Positions 9,732 through 19,261 of a stretch of DNA of 64,000 bases are shown piece after piece. The notes under the pieces are model-generated. The model made no database searches. It was not told where the DNA came from and was given only the letters and a program-made list of their open reading frames with translations. A program made the position numbers and the translations under genes. The stretch lies in contig JBFXBH010000002.1 of the NCBI GenBank assembly GCA_050183355.1, forward strand, positions 23,288 to 87,287, written 5' to 3'. The DNA is from Vicinamibacterales bacterium (lineage in GTDB: Bacteria > Acidobacteriota > Vicinamibacteria > Vicinamibacterales > UBA2999). Numbering within the stretch: the stretch's first letter is position 1; the number at the start of each line of letters is the position of its first letter.

Positions 9732-10688
9732 ATGCTGATTCGCAAGCCGGCCGACCTGCGCTACTCCGACGTCACGCCGAAATCCATCTGGGTCCGCCGG
9801 CGCGAGTTCATCAAGCTCGCCACCGGCGCCGCCGCCGGTGCGGGCGCGAGCCTGCTGCTGCCGGACGCCGAGGCGCTCGCCCAGACGGGACAGAAGCTGC
9901 CGGGCGTGAAGCCCAGCCCGCTCAGCACGACTGGCGAGAAGGTGAATCCGTACCGGGACATCACCACGTACAACAACTATTACGAGTTCGGCACAGACAA
10001 GGCGGACCCCGCGCAGTACTCGAAGGGCTTCCCGACCAACCCGTGGACGCTGACCATCGAGGGTGAGGTCGCGAAGAAGAAGGTGCTCGGCTACGACGAC
10101 CTCTTCAAGATCGCGCCGCTCGAGGAGCGCATCTACCGCATGCGGTGCGTCGAGGCGTGGTCCGTGGTGGTGCCCTGGGTCGGGTTCTCGCTCGGCGAGC
10201 TGCTGAAGCAGGTGGAGCCGACGCCGAAGGCGAAGTTCGTGTCGTTCGAGACCATCTACGACCGGGGGCGCATGCTGTCGGAGCGCGAGACCGGCATCTT
10301 CCTGCCGTATGTCGACGGACTCCGGCTCGACGAGGCGATGCATCCGCTGACGATCCTCGCCGTGGGCCTGTACGGCGAGAAGCTGCCGAATCAGAACGGC
10401 GCCCCCATCCGTCTCGTGGTGCCGTGGAAGTACGGCTTCAAGGGCGTGAAGTCGATTGTGAAGATTCGCCTCACGGAGAAGCAGCCGCGCTCGACCTGGA
10501 ACGTGATCAACCCGCAGGAGTACGGCTTCTACTCGAACGTCAATCCGCAGGTGGACCACCCGCGGTGGAGCCAGGCCACCGAGCGCCGGCTCGGCGAGTT
10601 GCTCCGGCGCAAGACGCTCCCGTTCAACGGCTACGCGGATCAGGTGGCGTCCATGTACAGCGGGATGGACCTCCGGAAGTTCTATTGA
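9732..10688 (+). CDS. msrP: protein-methionine-sulfoxide reductase catalytic subunit MsrP (YedY)
   Basis: 318 aa with a Tat leader ([18 protein letters not shown]). Molybdopterin YedY-like sequence throughout ([24 protein letters not shown]). Confidence 0.9.
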   Translation: MLIRKPADLRYSDVTPKSIWVRRREFIKLATGAAAGAGASLLLPDAEALAQTGQKLPGVKPSPLSTTGEKVNPYRDITTYNNYYEFGTDKADPAQYSKGFPTNPWTLTIEGEVAKKKVLGYDDLFKIAPLEERIYRMRCVEAWSVVVPWVGFSLGELLKQVEPTPKAKFVSFETIYDRGRMLSERETGIFLPYVDGLRLDEAMHPLTILAVGLYGEKLPNQNGAPIRLVVPWKYGFKGVKSIVKIRLTEKQPRSTWNVINPQEYGFYSNVNPQVDHPRWSQATERRLGELLRRKTLPFNGYADQVASMYSGMDLRKFY

Positions 10689-11272
10689 TCGCGGGCCTGA
10701 AGGTGCTCGTCTGGGCGGCGGCCCTCGTGCCTGCCGCCCGCCTCGTCTTCCTGATCCTCACCGGCGGTGACCTCACCGCCAACCCCATTGAATACATCAC
10801 GCACCAGACGGGCTGGTGGGCGCTCGTCATCCTGCTGACGTCGCTCGCGGTGACGCCGGTGCGCCGCCTGACCGGCTGGCACGCGGCGGTCCGGTTCCGG
10901 CGCCTGCTCGGGCTCTTCGGCTTCTTCTACGTCGTGCTGCACTTCTCGACGTGGTTCGTCTTCGACAAGTTCTTCGACGTCGTCGAGATGGGGAAGGACA
11001 TCGTCAAGCGCCCGTACATCACGGTCGGCATGGCCGGGTTCGCGATGCTGCTGCCGCTGGCCGTCACGTCGACGACGGGGTGGATCCGCCGGCTCGGCCG
11101 CCGGTGGCAGGCCCTGCACCGGCTCGCCTACGCGGTGCCGGTCGCCGGCGTGCTGCACTTCTGGTGGCTGGTGAAGTCCGACATCCGCGAGCCGCTGGCA
11201 TTTGCCGTCGCAACGGCGGCCGTACTGGGCTTCCGCGTGGCGTGGCTGCTGCGACGGCCCGCGCGCGCATAA
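10685..11272 (+). CDS. msrQ: protein-methionine-sulfoxide reductase haem-binding subunit MsrQ (YedZ)
   Basis: TTG start overlaps the msrP stop. About 195-aa polytopic membrane protein with conserved His residues (HFSTW, HRLAY..HFWW). Confidence 0.8.
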   Translation: MIAGLKVLVWAAALVPAARLVFLILTGGDLTANPIEYITHQTGWWALVILLTSLAVTPVRRLTGWHAAVRFRRLLGLFGFFYVVLHFSTWFVFDKFFDVVEMGKDIVKRPYITVGMAGFAMLLPLAVTSTTGWIRRLGRRWQALHRLAYAVPVAGVLHFWWLVKSDIREPLAFAVATAAVLGFRVAWLLRRPARA

Positions 11273-11298
11273 TCGACCGCGTCTCCCTGGAGTCACGC

Positions 11299-12513
11299 AT
11301 GAGTCCTGATCCCGCGAAGTCGTCCGACGCCCCTCGTCGCCCCCATCCCGTCGTGCTGCTGCTCGTCGTTGCCGTGCTCGCGGGCGGCGGCGTGACGCTG
11401 TGGCGCATGCGCGCGGCCGCGTCGGTGAACCCCGGTGTTCTCACGCTGAGCGGGCGGCTCGAAGGCGACGACTCGGCCGTGGCGTCCCGCGTGCCGGGCC
11501 GCGTGGTGCGGATCACGGTGCGCGAGGGCGACGCCGTCAAGGCGGGCGAGCCTGTCGCCGAGCTCGACGACGACCAGGTGGCGGCGCGCGAGCAGCAGGC
11601 GCGGGCCGCGCTGGCGCAGGCCGAGGCGCGCTCCCGGGTGGCGCGGGAGCAGATCGCCGTGCTGCAGCAGCAGCTCCGGCAGGTGCAGTTGCAGACGGAG
11701 CAGGCACGCGTGGAGGCCGACGGCCGGGTGAGCCAGGCCGACGCGGACCTGGCCGCGGCCGAGGCCCAGCTCGCCCGCGAGCGGGCGGCGCTGCAGATCG
11801 CGCAGTTCGACCGTGACGCGTACGCGAAGCTCGCGCAGTCCGGCGCGGTGTCCGAGCGGCAGGGCCGCCAGGCGGCGTCGGCGGCGGACCAGCAGGCGGC
11901 GGCCGTCGCCGCGGCCGTGAAGCGCGTGGATGCCGCGCGGGGCGCGCTCGCCACGGCGAGAGCCATGCTCGCGAATCCGGACATCCGGCTCGCGCAGAGC
12001 GAGGCCATCAAGGGGCAGATCGCGCAGCAGCAGGCCGAGATCGCCAGCAGCCTCGCGACGACGGAGCAGGCGCGGGCGCGCCTCGTCGAGGCCGAGGCGG
12101 CGCGGAAGGACCTGACCGTCGTGGCCCCGTTCGATGGCACCGTCGTCACGCGCAGTGCCGAGCCCGGGGAGATCGTCGCGGCCGGGACGCCGCTCCTGAC
12201 CATCGTCGACCTGAGCCGGATGTACCTGCGAGGGTTCGTCCCCGAGGGGCGGATCGGCGAGGTGAAGGCCGGGCAGCCGGCGCGTGTCTATCTGGACTCG
12301 AATCCGCAGGCGCCGATCGAGGCCGTCGTGACGCGCATCGACCCGGAGGCGACGTTCACGCCCGAGAACACCTACTTCCAGGAAGACCGGGTCAAGCAGG
12401 TCGTCGGCGTGAAGGTGCAACTGAAGGGAGCCGTCGGCTTTGCGAAGCCCGGTATGCCGGCGGACGGCGAGATTCTCGTGGGTGGCTCCTGGCCTGCAGA
12501 GTCGTCCCGGTGA
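11299..12513 (+). CDS. HlyD-family efflux periplasmic adaptor (YbhG-like)
   Basis: TM anchor, lipoyl-like hairpin (GRVVRITVREGDAVKAGEPVAELD), a long Ala/Gln coiled coil and a beta-barrel tail. First gene of the exporter operon. Confidence 0.85.
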   Translation: MSPDPAKSSDAPRRPHPVVLLLVVAVLAGGGVTLWRMRAAASVNPGVLTLSGRLEGDDSAVASRVPGRVVRITVREGDAVKAGEPVAELDDDQVAAREQQARAALAQAEARSRVAREQIAVLQQQLRQVQLQTEQARVEADGRVSQADADLAAAEAQLARERAALQIAQFDRDAYAKLAQSGAVSERQGRQAASAADQQAAAVAAAVKRVDAARGALATARAMLANPDIRLAQSEAIKGQIAQQQAEIASSLATTEQARARLVEAEAARKDLTVVAPFDGTVVTRSAEPGEIVAAGTPLLTIVDLSRMYLRGFVPEGRIGEVKAGQPARVYLDSNPQAPIEAVVTRIDPEATFTPENTYFQEDRVKQVVGVKVQLKGAVGFAKPGMPADGEILVGGSWPAESSR

Positions 12514-14441
12514 CACCCCCGGCGATTCGTGTCGAGGGTCTCGTCAAGCGCTACGGCGACCTCGAGGCGGTGCGCGGCATCGGCTTCGAGATTGCCGAGG
12601 GCGAGATCTTCGGCCTGATCGGCCCCGACGGCGCGGGCAAGACCAGCACGTTCCAGGTGCTGGCCGGCGTGATGGAGGCGACCGGCGGCGTGGTCGATGT
12701 GTTCGGCCGACCGGCCCGGGACGCGCGTGCCCACACGGGCTACCTCACGCAGGCCTTCAGCCTCTATCCCGACCTCACGGTGATGGAGAACATCCGCTAC
12801 CTCGGCGACCTGCGCGGCACCCCGCGCCCTGACGTCGACGCGCGCGGGCTGCGGTACCTGCGGATGTTCGACATGCACCGTTTCACGGAGCGCCGCGCGG
12901 GGCAGCTCAGCGGCGGGATGAAGCAGAAGCTGGCGCTCGCGTGCGCGCTCGTGCCCGAGCCACGCGTGCTGCTGCTCGACGAGCCGACCACGGGCGTCGA
13001 CCCCGTGTCGCGCCGCGAGTTCTGGGACACGCTGGCGCACCTCTCCGCCGGGGGCCTGACCATCCTCGTGGCGACGCCGTACCTCGACGAGGCGGAGCGC
13101 TGCCACAGGGTGGCGCTGATGTACGCCGGCGCCCTCCAGCAGGTTGGCACGCCGGCGGCGCTGCGCGAGAGCCTCGGTGTGGCGCGGCTCGAGGTGCGGA
13201 CGCCGGGCCTCGGGCAGGCGGAGCTGATCCTGCACGAGGCGCATCGCGACCACCCCGGCATCGTCGACGTGCAGCGCTTCGGTGACCGTCTGGATGTCCT
13301 GGTGCGTGATGAGCCGGCCGGTGCGGCCGTCGTCCGAGAGCGGCTCGGGCAGGCCGGCCTCGCGGTCACCGACATCCGGGCGGACGCGCCGACGCTCGAG
13401 AACGCCTTCGTGGCCAGACTGCGGGCGCTGGGCGGCGTGGTGGAGCATCCCGTGTTCCCGGCCCGGCGCGATCGCTCCGGCGCCGTGGGCACCGTCGCCA
13501 TCGGGGCGGAGCACGTCTCGCGGATGTTCGGCGCGTTCAGGGCCGTGCACGACCTGTCGCTCCAGGTGCGCTACGGCGAGGTGTACGGGCTGCTCGGCGC
13601 GAACGGCGCCGGCAAGACGACCACGATCAAGATGCTGTGCGGCCTGCTGGACCCGTCGCACGGTGTCACGGAGCTCGCGGGCGCCCGGCGGAACCTGCGA
13701 GCACCGAAAGTTCGCCGGCAGGTCGGGTACATGTCGCAGAAGTTCTCGCTCTACGAGGACATGACCGTCGCCGAGAACCTCGCGTTCTTCGCCGGCGTCT
13801 ACGGCGTGCCGGACGACGAGCGCGACGACAAGGTCGAGTGGGTGCTGCGCTTCGCCGGTCTCGAGCGCGAGAGCGATCGCATGGTGGCCAGCCTGCCCGG
13901 CGGGTGGAAGCAGCGCGTCGCGTTCGGCGCGGCCATCATGCACGAACCCGGCGTCCTGTTTCTCGACGAGCCGACGTCAGGCGTCGACCCGCTGGCGCGG
14001 CGGTCGTTCTGGAGCCTGATCAACCGGCTCGCTGACGCGGGCACGGCCATCCTGGTCACGACGCACTATCTGGAAGAGGCGGAGCAGTGCAACCGGCTCG
14101 GGATGATGGTCGCCGGAGAACTGGTGGCGGAGGGCACGCCGTCCGAGATCAAGGCGGCGCAGACGGGCACGCTGCTCGAACTGCACGTCGACCGGCCGCA
14201 GCTCGCGGCGGACTTCCTGAAGACCGTCACGGAGCGCTGGCGCGTGTCGCTCTTCGGCGACCGGCTGCACGTGATCAGCGACCGGCCCGCGGCGCCGGCC
14301 ACGGCGTGGGTCACCGGCGTGCTCGCCGGGCAGGGCCTGACGGTCCGGCAGTGCCGCGAGGCGCGCTTCTCGCTCGAGGACGTGTTCATCAGCGTCGTCG
14401 AGCAGGCGCGCGAGGCCGGGAAGGTGATGGTGGAGGCATGA
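12510..14441 (+). CDS. ABC transporter ATP-binding protein with two fused ATPase domains (YbhF-like)
   Basis: GTGA start/stop overlap. Two Walker A motifs (GPDGAGKT, GANGAGKT), two LSGG signatures (LSGGMKQK, LPGGWKQR) and two Walker B motifs (LLLDEPT, LFLDEPT). Confidence 0.9.
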   Translation: MTPPAIRVEGLVKRYGDLEAVRGIGFEIAEGEIFGLIGPDGAGKTSTFQVLAGVMEATGGVVDVFGRPARDARAHTGYLTQAFSLYPDLTVMENIRYLGDLRGTPRPDVDARGLRYLRMFDMHRFTERRAGQLSGGMKQKLALACALVPEPRVLLLDEPTTGVDPVSRREFWDTLAHLSAGGLTILVATPYLDEAERCHRVALMYAGALQQVGTPAALRESLGVARLEVRTPGLGQAELILHEAHRDHPGIVDVQRFGDRLDVLVRDEPAGAAVVRERLGQAGLAVTDIRADAPTLENAFVARLRALGGVVEHPVFPARRDRSGAVGTVAIGAEHVSRMFGAFRAVHDLSLQVRYGEVYGLLGANGAGKTTTIKMLCGLLDPSHGVTELAGARRNLRAPKVRRQVGYMSQKFSLYEDMTVAENLAFFAGVYGVPDDERDDKVEWVLRFAGLERESDRMVASLPGGWKQRVAFGAAIMHEPGVLFLDEPTSGVDPLARRSFWSLINRLADAGTAILVTTHYLEEAEQCNRLGMMVAGELVAEGTPSEIKAAQTGTLLELHVDRPQLAADFLKTVTERWRVSLFGDRLHVISDRPAAPATAWVTGVLAGQGLTVRQCREARFSLEDVFISVVEQAREAGKVMVEA

Positions 14442-15544
14442 CGCGCATCGTCGCCCAGTGGCGCAAGGAGGTCTCCCAGTTCTCCCGCGACCGGCTCGCG
14501 CTGGCGCTCGCGCTGCTGCTGCCGACGCTGCAGTTGCTGATGATGGGGCAGTCGCTCTCGTTCATCGTGCACGACATGCCGCTCGTCGTACAGGACCTGG
14601 ACGGTTCGCCGGCGTCGCGCGAGCTCATCGACGGCTTCCGCGGGTCGCTGACGTTCCGCATCGTCGAGTGGCCTCCGGATCGGCAGCCGGACGAGGCGTT
14701 GACGGCCAACCGGGCGCGCGGTGTGCTGATCATTCCGGCCGATTTCTCCCGGGATCTCGCGCGAGGCCTCACCGCGGACGTCCAGCTGATGGTCGACGGG
14801 TCGGACGGCAATACGGCGGGCCTGCTGGCCGGCCACGCCAGCGGCATCACGGCCGCGTTCAACGCGAAGCACGGCGGGCGCCGCGCCGGCGGGCAGGTGG
14901 CCGCGGCGGTCCGCTACTGGTACAACCCGGGCCGCGTCTCGAAGAAGTTCTACGGCCCCGGCATCTTCGTCATGGGGCTCTCGATGTTCCCGCCGCTGCT
15001 CGCCTCGATCGCGATGGCGCGCGAGGCGGAGCGGAAGACGATCCTGCAGGTCTACGTGTCGAACATCCCGGCGCGGGACTTCCTCGCCGGCAAGGTGCTC
15101 GCGTTCATGACGGTCGCGCTGGCCGAGGCGTTGCTGCTGTTTGCCATCCTGCGGCTCGTGTTCGGGCTGAGCTTCGTCGGCGACCCGACGCCGTTTCTGG
15201 TCGCGACGATCCTGTATGTGTTCACGGTCGCGGCCTTCGGCACGATGATCGGCGCCGTCGTGCCGAACCAGGTCGCGGCCATGCAGGCCGTGATGATGGG
15301 CGGCTTCCTGTTCACGTTCCTGCTGTCGGGCCTGCTGTTCCCGCTCTCGAACGTGCCCGGCGAACTGCGCTGGCTGTCGTACCTCGTCTGGGCGCGCTAC
15401 TACATCGAGATCGTGCGCGACGCGCTGCTGCAGGGTGGCGGCTGGCCGGCCGTGTGGTGGAAGGTGCTCGCGATCGGGGGCATCGGCGTCGTGTTCTTCG
15501 GCATCGCGTGGCGGCGCCTGCGGCCGATGAGGCTGGAGGTCTGA
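14438..15544 (+). CDS. ABC-2 type transporter permease (YbhS/YbhR-like)
   Basis: ATGA overlap with the ATPase gene. N-terminal TM helix, large periplasmic loop, then 5 C-terminal TM helices. Confidence 0.85.
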   Translation: MTRIVAQWRKEVSQFSRDRLALALALLLPTLQLLMMGQSLSFIVHDMPLVVQDLDGSPASRELIDGFRGSLTFRIVEWPPDRQPDEALTANRARGVLIIPADFSRDLARGLTADVQLMVDGSDGNTAGLLAGHASGITAAFNAKHGGRRAGGQVAAAVRYWYNPGRVSKKFYGPGIFVMGLSMFPPLLASIAMAREAERKTILQVYVSNIPARDFLAGKVLAFMTVALAEALLLFAILRLVFGLSFVGDPTPFLVATILYVFTVAAFGTMIGAVVPNQVAAMQAVMMGGFLFTFLLSGLLFPLSNVPGELRWLSYLVWARYYIEIVRDALLQGGGWPAVWWKVLAIGGIGVVFFGIAWRRLRPMRLEV

Positions 15545-16710
15545 TGGTTGCGCGGTTCAGGCGCTTCTGGAGCCCCGCGCTCCGGGCACTGGTGCTGAAG
15601 GAGCTGCACCAGGTGCGTCACGACAAGCGGATCCTGGTGGCGCTCGTGCTGCCGCCGCTCATGCAGCTCATGATCTTCGGCACGGTGATGAGCCCGAAGG
15701 TCACCGGTATCGAGTTGGGCGTGGTGGACGACAGCCGCACGCCTGCCAGCCGGAGTCTCGTCGCCGCGCTGAGCGAAAGCGGCAGCTTCAAGCTCGCCGC
15801 GTCCTTCGGCTCGGTGGAAGCGCTGAGCGAGGAGATCCGGCAGGGGACGGTCGATGCGGGCATCGTGATCCCGGCCGAGTTCGCGGGCGAGCTGGACCGG
15901 GGCCGGACGGCGCTGATTCAGGTGCTGCTCAATGCGATGAACGCAAATACGGCCGCCGTGAGCCAGGGCTACGTGCGCGGCGTACTGCAGAGCTTCAACC
16001 GGACGCTGACCGCCGGGGACGTCGGGCTCTCGCAGCGCAACGTCGACGGCGCGCCTCCGCGACGCGGCCTCGTGCAGCTCCGTCCGCTGTTCCTGTTCAA
16101 CCCGGGGCTCGTGTCGTCGTGGTTCCTGGTCACGGGGCTCATCGGCCAGCTCCTGCTGATGAACGGCATGATCACGGCCTCGGCCACGATGGTGAAGGAG
16201 CGGGAGGCCGGCACGCTCGAGCAACTGCTGATGACGCCGCTCCGCACCTCGGAGATCATCGTCGCGAAGATCCTGCCGCAGTTCGTGCTGCTGATGATCC
16301 CGGCGTCGATCGCGCTCGTCGTGATCCGCTTCTGGTTCGACGTGCCGTTCCGTGGCAGCGCCGCGCTCTTCGCGGTGGCGGTGGCGGCGTGCCTGATGTG
16401 CGGCATCGGCTTCGGCACCGTCGTGGCCACGCTCAGTAAATCCGCGCAGCAGGCACAGCTCGCGAGCTTCTTCATCATTCCGCCGATGATGTCGCTCTCC
16501 GGGACGATGACGCCGGCCGAAGCCATGCCGGCGTGGATGCAGCCGTGGACGGTCATCAACCCCATCTATCACTTCGGCTTCATCGCGCGCGGCACGCTCA
16601 TCCGCGGCAGCGAGCTGCCGGACGTGTGGACGCACCTGGTGGCGCTCGTGATCATCGCCAGCGTGGTGATGGGGATCAGTGTCTGGCGGTTCCGCCAGCA
16701 GTTGTCATGA
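15544..16710 (+). CDS. ABC-2 type transporter permease (YbhS/YbhR-like), second copy
   Basis: TGATG overlap with the previous permease. Same architecture. EREAGTLEQLLMTP motif typical of ABC-2 permeases. Confidence 0.85.
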   Translation: MVARFRRFWSPALRALVLKELHQVRHDKRILVALVLPPLMQLMIFGTVMSPKVTGIELGVVDDSRTPASRSLVAALSESGSFKLAASFGSVEALSEEIRQGTVDAGIVIPAEFAGELDRGRTALIQVLLNAMNANTAAVSQGYVRGVLQSFNRTLTAGDVGLSQRNVDGAPPRRGLVQLRPLFLFNPGLVSSWFLVTGLIGQLLLMNGMITASATMVKEREAGTLEQLLMTPLRTSEIIVAKILPQFVLLMIPASIALVVIRFWFDVPFRGSAALFAVAVAACLMCGIGFGTVVATLSKSAQQAQLASFFIIPPMMSLSGTMTPAEAMPAWMQPWTVINPIYHFGFIARGTLIRGSELPDVWTHLVALVIIASVVMGISVWRFRQQLS

Positions 16711-18296
16711 CGGCGGCCATGGCCGCCGGAGGATGCAGCGTCATGAATCGAGTGGTGATGGTGGCGATGACCGGCGCGTTCACGCTGGCCGTGGGCGGTG
16801 TGCCGCCGGTGTTCGCGCAGGGGAGTGCCGCGAGCGGTGGCGCCGGTGGCGCCGCGCAGGGCCTGACGCTGCCGCTGTCCGGCCGTCCCGGGCAGGCCGG
16901 TTCCGTCTCCGTGGTGCAGACGGCGCTGCCCGGGGCCTCGTCGAGCGTGAACACGGCGAGCCCGACGGTCCAGGCGCAGGGCGCGGCAACCGGCAGCCGG
17001 AACGGCGCGACGCCGTTGACCGGGCCGCTGGGATTCCGCGACGCGGTCGAGCGCGGCCTCGCCTGGAATCTCGGCACGGTGAGCGTGGCGCAGACCGTCC
17101 GGCAGGCCCGGAGCCAGCAGGTGCTGGCCCGGAGCGCCCTACTGCCGACGATTGGCGCAGACCTGGCGGCGACGCGGCAGCAGTTGAACCTCGCGGCGAG
17201 CGGGTTCGGCAGCATCGGCAGCCCGCTGCCCGGCTTCAACTTTCCGAGTGTGGTCGGCCCGTTTACCGTCGTGGACCTGCGTGCGCGGCTCTCGCAGTCT
17301 GTCGTGGACGTGACGAGCTGGAAGAACTTCAAGGCGGCCCGGGAGGGCGCGGCCGCCGCGCAGTGGACGAACGAGGACGCCCGCGACCTGGTCGTGCTCG
17401 CCGTGGGTGGCAGCTACCTGCAGGCGCTGGCGGCGCGCGCGCGTGTGGAGTCGGCTCGCGCCCAGGTCCAGACGGCGGAAGCGCTCTTCAGGCAGACGGC
17501 GGAGCGCAAGGCCGCGGGTGTGGCCGCGCAGGTGGACGTCGACCGGAGCGAGATCCAGGCGCTGACGCAGCGGCAGCGCCTGACGGCGCTCGTCAACGAC
17601 CTGGCCAAGCAGAAGATCGCGCTGGCGCGGATGGTGGGCCTGCCGCCGACCGACGCGTACGACCTGGCCGAGCCCGTTGCGTTCGCGCCGGCGCCGGCTA
17701 CGACGCCCGAGGCCGCCGTCACGCTGGCGCGCGAGCGCCGGGCCGATCTGAAGTCGGCCGCGGCGCAGGTCCGCGCGGCAGAGCTTGCACTTGCGGCGGC
17801 CCGCAGCGAACGGCTGCCGACGGTCTCCGTGAGCGGCGACTACGGCACGCTGGGCAGCTCGCTCGCGAACGGCCGCACCACGTTCAGCGTGGCCGGGCGC
17901 GTGCACGTGCCGGTCTTCGACGGCGGCCGCACCGGCGCCCACGTCCAGCAGGCAGAGGCCGTGGTGGCGCAGCGGCGGGCCGAGCTGGAGGACCTCGCCG
18001 GCCAGATCGAGGCCGACATCCGCCGCGCGCTGCTGGATCTCGGCGCGGCCACCAGCCAGGTCGAGCTGGCGCGGCGGAACGTGACCGTGACGAAGGAAGC
18101 GCTGGATCTGACGCGCCAGCGCTTCGAGGCCGGCGTGGCCGAGAGCCTCGAGGTCGTACAGGCTCAGGAAGCCGTGGCCACGGCCGAGCTGGACTACATC
18201 AACGGCGTCTTCGCGCACAACCTGTCGAAGCTGGCGCTCGCGCGGGCCACGGGCGAGGCGGACGAGCGGCTGGCGGACTACCTGAAGTTACCCTGA
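16707..18296 (+). CDS. TolC-family outer membrane efflux protein
   Basis: ATGA overlap with the permease. Signal peptide, then two tandem OEP-type helical repeats. A start at MNRV (about 16743) is also possible. Confidence 0.85.
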   Translation: MTAAMAAGGCSVMNRVVMVAMTGAFTLAVGGVPPVFAQGSAASGGAGGAAQGLTLPLSGRPGQAGSVSVVQTALPGASSSVNTASPTVQAQGAATGSRNGATPLTGPLGFRDAVERGLAWNLGTVSVAQTVRQARSQQVLARSALLPTIGADLAATRQQLNLAASGFGSIGSPLPGFNFPSVVGPFTVVDLRARLSQSVVDVTSWKNFKAAREGAAAAQWTNEDARDLVVLAVGGSYLQALAARARVESARAQVQTAEALFRQTAERKAAGVAAQVDVDRSEIQALTQRQRLTALVNDLAKQKIALARMVGLPPTDAYDLAEPVAFAPAPATTPEAAVTLARERRADLKSAAAQVRAAELALAAARSERLPTVSVSGDYGTLGSSLANGRTTFSVAGRVHVPVFDGGRTGAHVQQAEAVVAQRRAELEDLAGQIEADIRRALLDLGAATSQVELARRNVTVTKEALDLTRQRFEAGVAESLEVVQAQEAVATAELDYINGVFAHNLSKLALARATGEADERLADYLKLP

Positions 18297-18309
18297 CCGG
18301 CGTCGCGCC

Positions 18310-18621
18310 TCAGTCCGAGTCTGGTACGAACGCAAAGGACACCACGACCGAATCTCCGTGTCCTTTCTTCCCGCGGATGCGCGCCGGGACGGCCAGCAGC
18401 GACCGGTCGGTCTTCCGGTCTCGCCAGATGCTGGTGTCCCACGTGAGGCCGTCAACGGTGGCACGCACCGGCGTACGGCCCCACGGGCGGGTGACCGGCG
18501 GGGCGAGTCGCGTCGGCACCGGGGCAAAGGTCCACGCGGCGCCCGCTCCGGCGTGGCGAAAGAGTGTCGCCGTGAACGGGCCGCGCACGGTAGTTCCGCC
18601 GATAGAGGTCGAAGTTGCCAT
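18310..18621 (-). CDS. DUF1905 domain-containing protein
   Basis: 103 aa. The pattern VRATVDGLTWDTSIW...LLAVPARIRGKKGHGDSVVVSF resembles DUF1905/YdeI N-terminal domain proteins. Confidence 0.7.
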   Translation of the reverse strand: MATSTSIGGTTVRGPFTATLFRHAGAGAAWTFAPVPTRLAPPVTRPWGRTPVRATVDGLTWDTSIWRDRKTDRSLLAVPARIRGKKGHGDSVVVSFAFVPDSD

Positions 18622-18769
18622 AGCAAGCGTTCAATAACAGGTGTCAGTGGGCAGACCTGGCCCGGTCAGAATGGGGCGCACAGTATAGACGGCCGGTCCG
18701 TCCAGGAGGAACGACGAAGGTCGGGATGAGGGCGAGCGGCGCGGGTCCTGTCGCGTACAATGGGAGCGC

Positions 18770-19171
18770 ATGAGCGGACACTGTCGGCGGTCTCTTGTCG
18801 CCGTGATCCTGGCGGCGCTCATCTTCGGTCCGACCGGCCTTTGCGAGACCGTGATGGCGGTTGCCGAGTCGGTGGGCGCCTGTTGTCCCGTGGCGGCGGA
18901 GTGCCCGTCACACGCGGTACCTGCCGGCGGGAATGACGCGCGCGTGCGCGTTCCGCACGCCGTGCCGCCGTGCTGCGCGCTGTCCTCTGACGCTCCTCTT
19001 CCGCTCGTGCTTGCACCGGGATCTGCCTCCGCCATTGCAGTGCCGCCGCTGTCTCAGCCGTCGGCCTTCCCTGTGGTACCAGAGGTGAAGGGCATCACCG
19101 CATGCCGTTCCCGCCCCGCGCGTCCAGCTACGACGTCCCCTCACCTGCTCTTCTCCGTCTTTCTCCTGTAA
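18770..19171 (+). CDS. hypothetical Cys/Pro-rich signal-anchored protein upstream of the RND pump
   Basis: 133-aa ORF with an N-terminal hydrophobic anchor, two CC pairs (GACCPVAAECPSH, PPCCAL) and several His. Same strand as the cusA-like gene and 90 bp upstream of it. GC3 is lower than in neighbours, so the coding status is uncertain. Confidence 0.4.
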   Translation: MSGHCRRSLVAVILAALIFGPTGLCETVMAVAESVGACCPVAAECPSHAVPAGGNDARVRVPHAVPPCCALSSDAPLPLVLAPGSASAIAVPPLSQPSAFPVVPEVKGITACRSRPARPATTSPHLLFSVFLL

Positions 19172-19261
19172 CAGCCTTCCGTCGTAATCCGCGTGCGCGG
19201 GCGCAGGCCCGGTGTACGTCGACGCGTGCCCGTGGCATGTCCGTGTTGAACGGGGGCTTTC

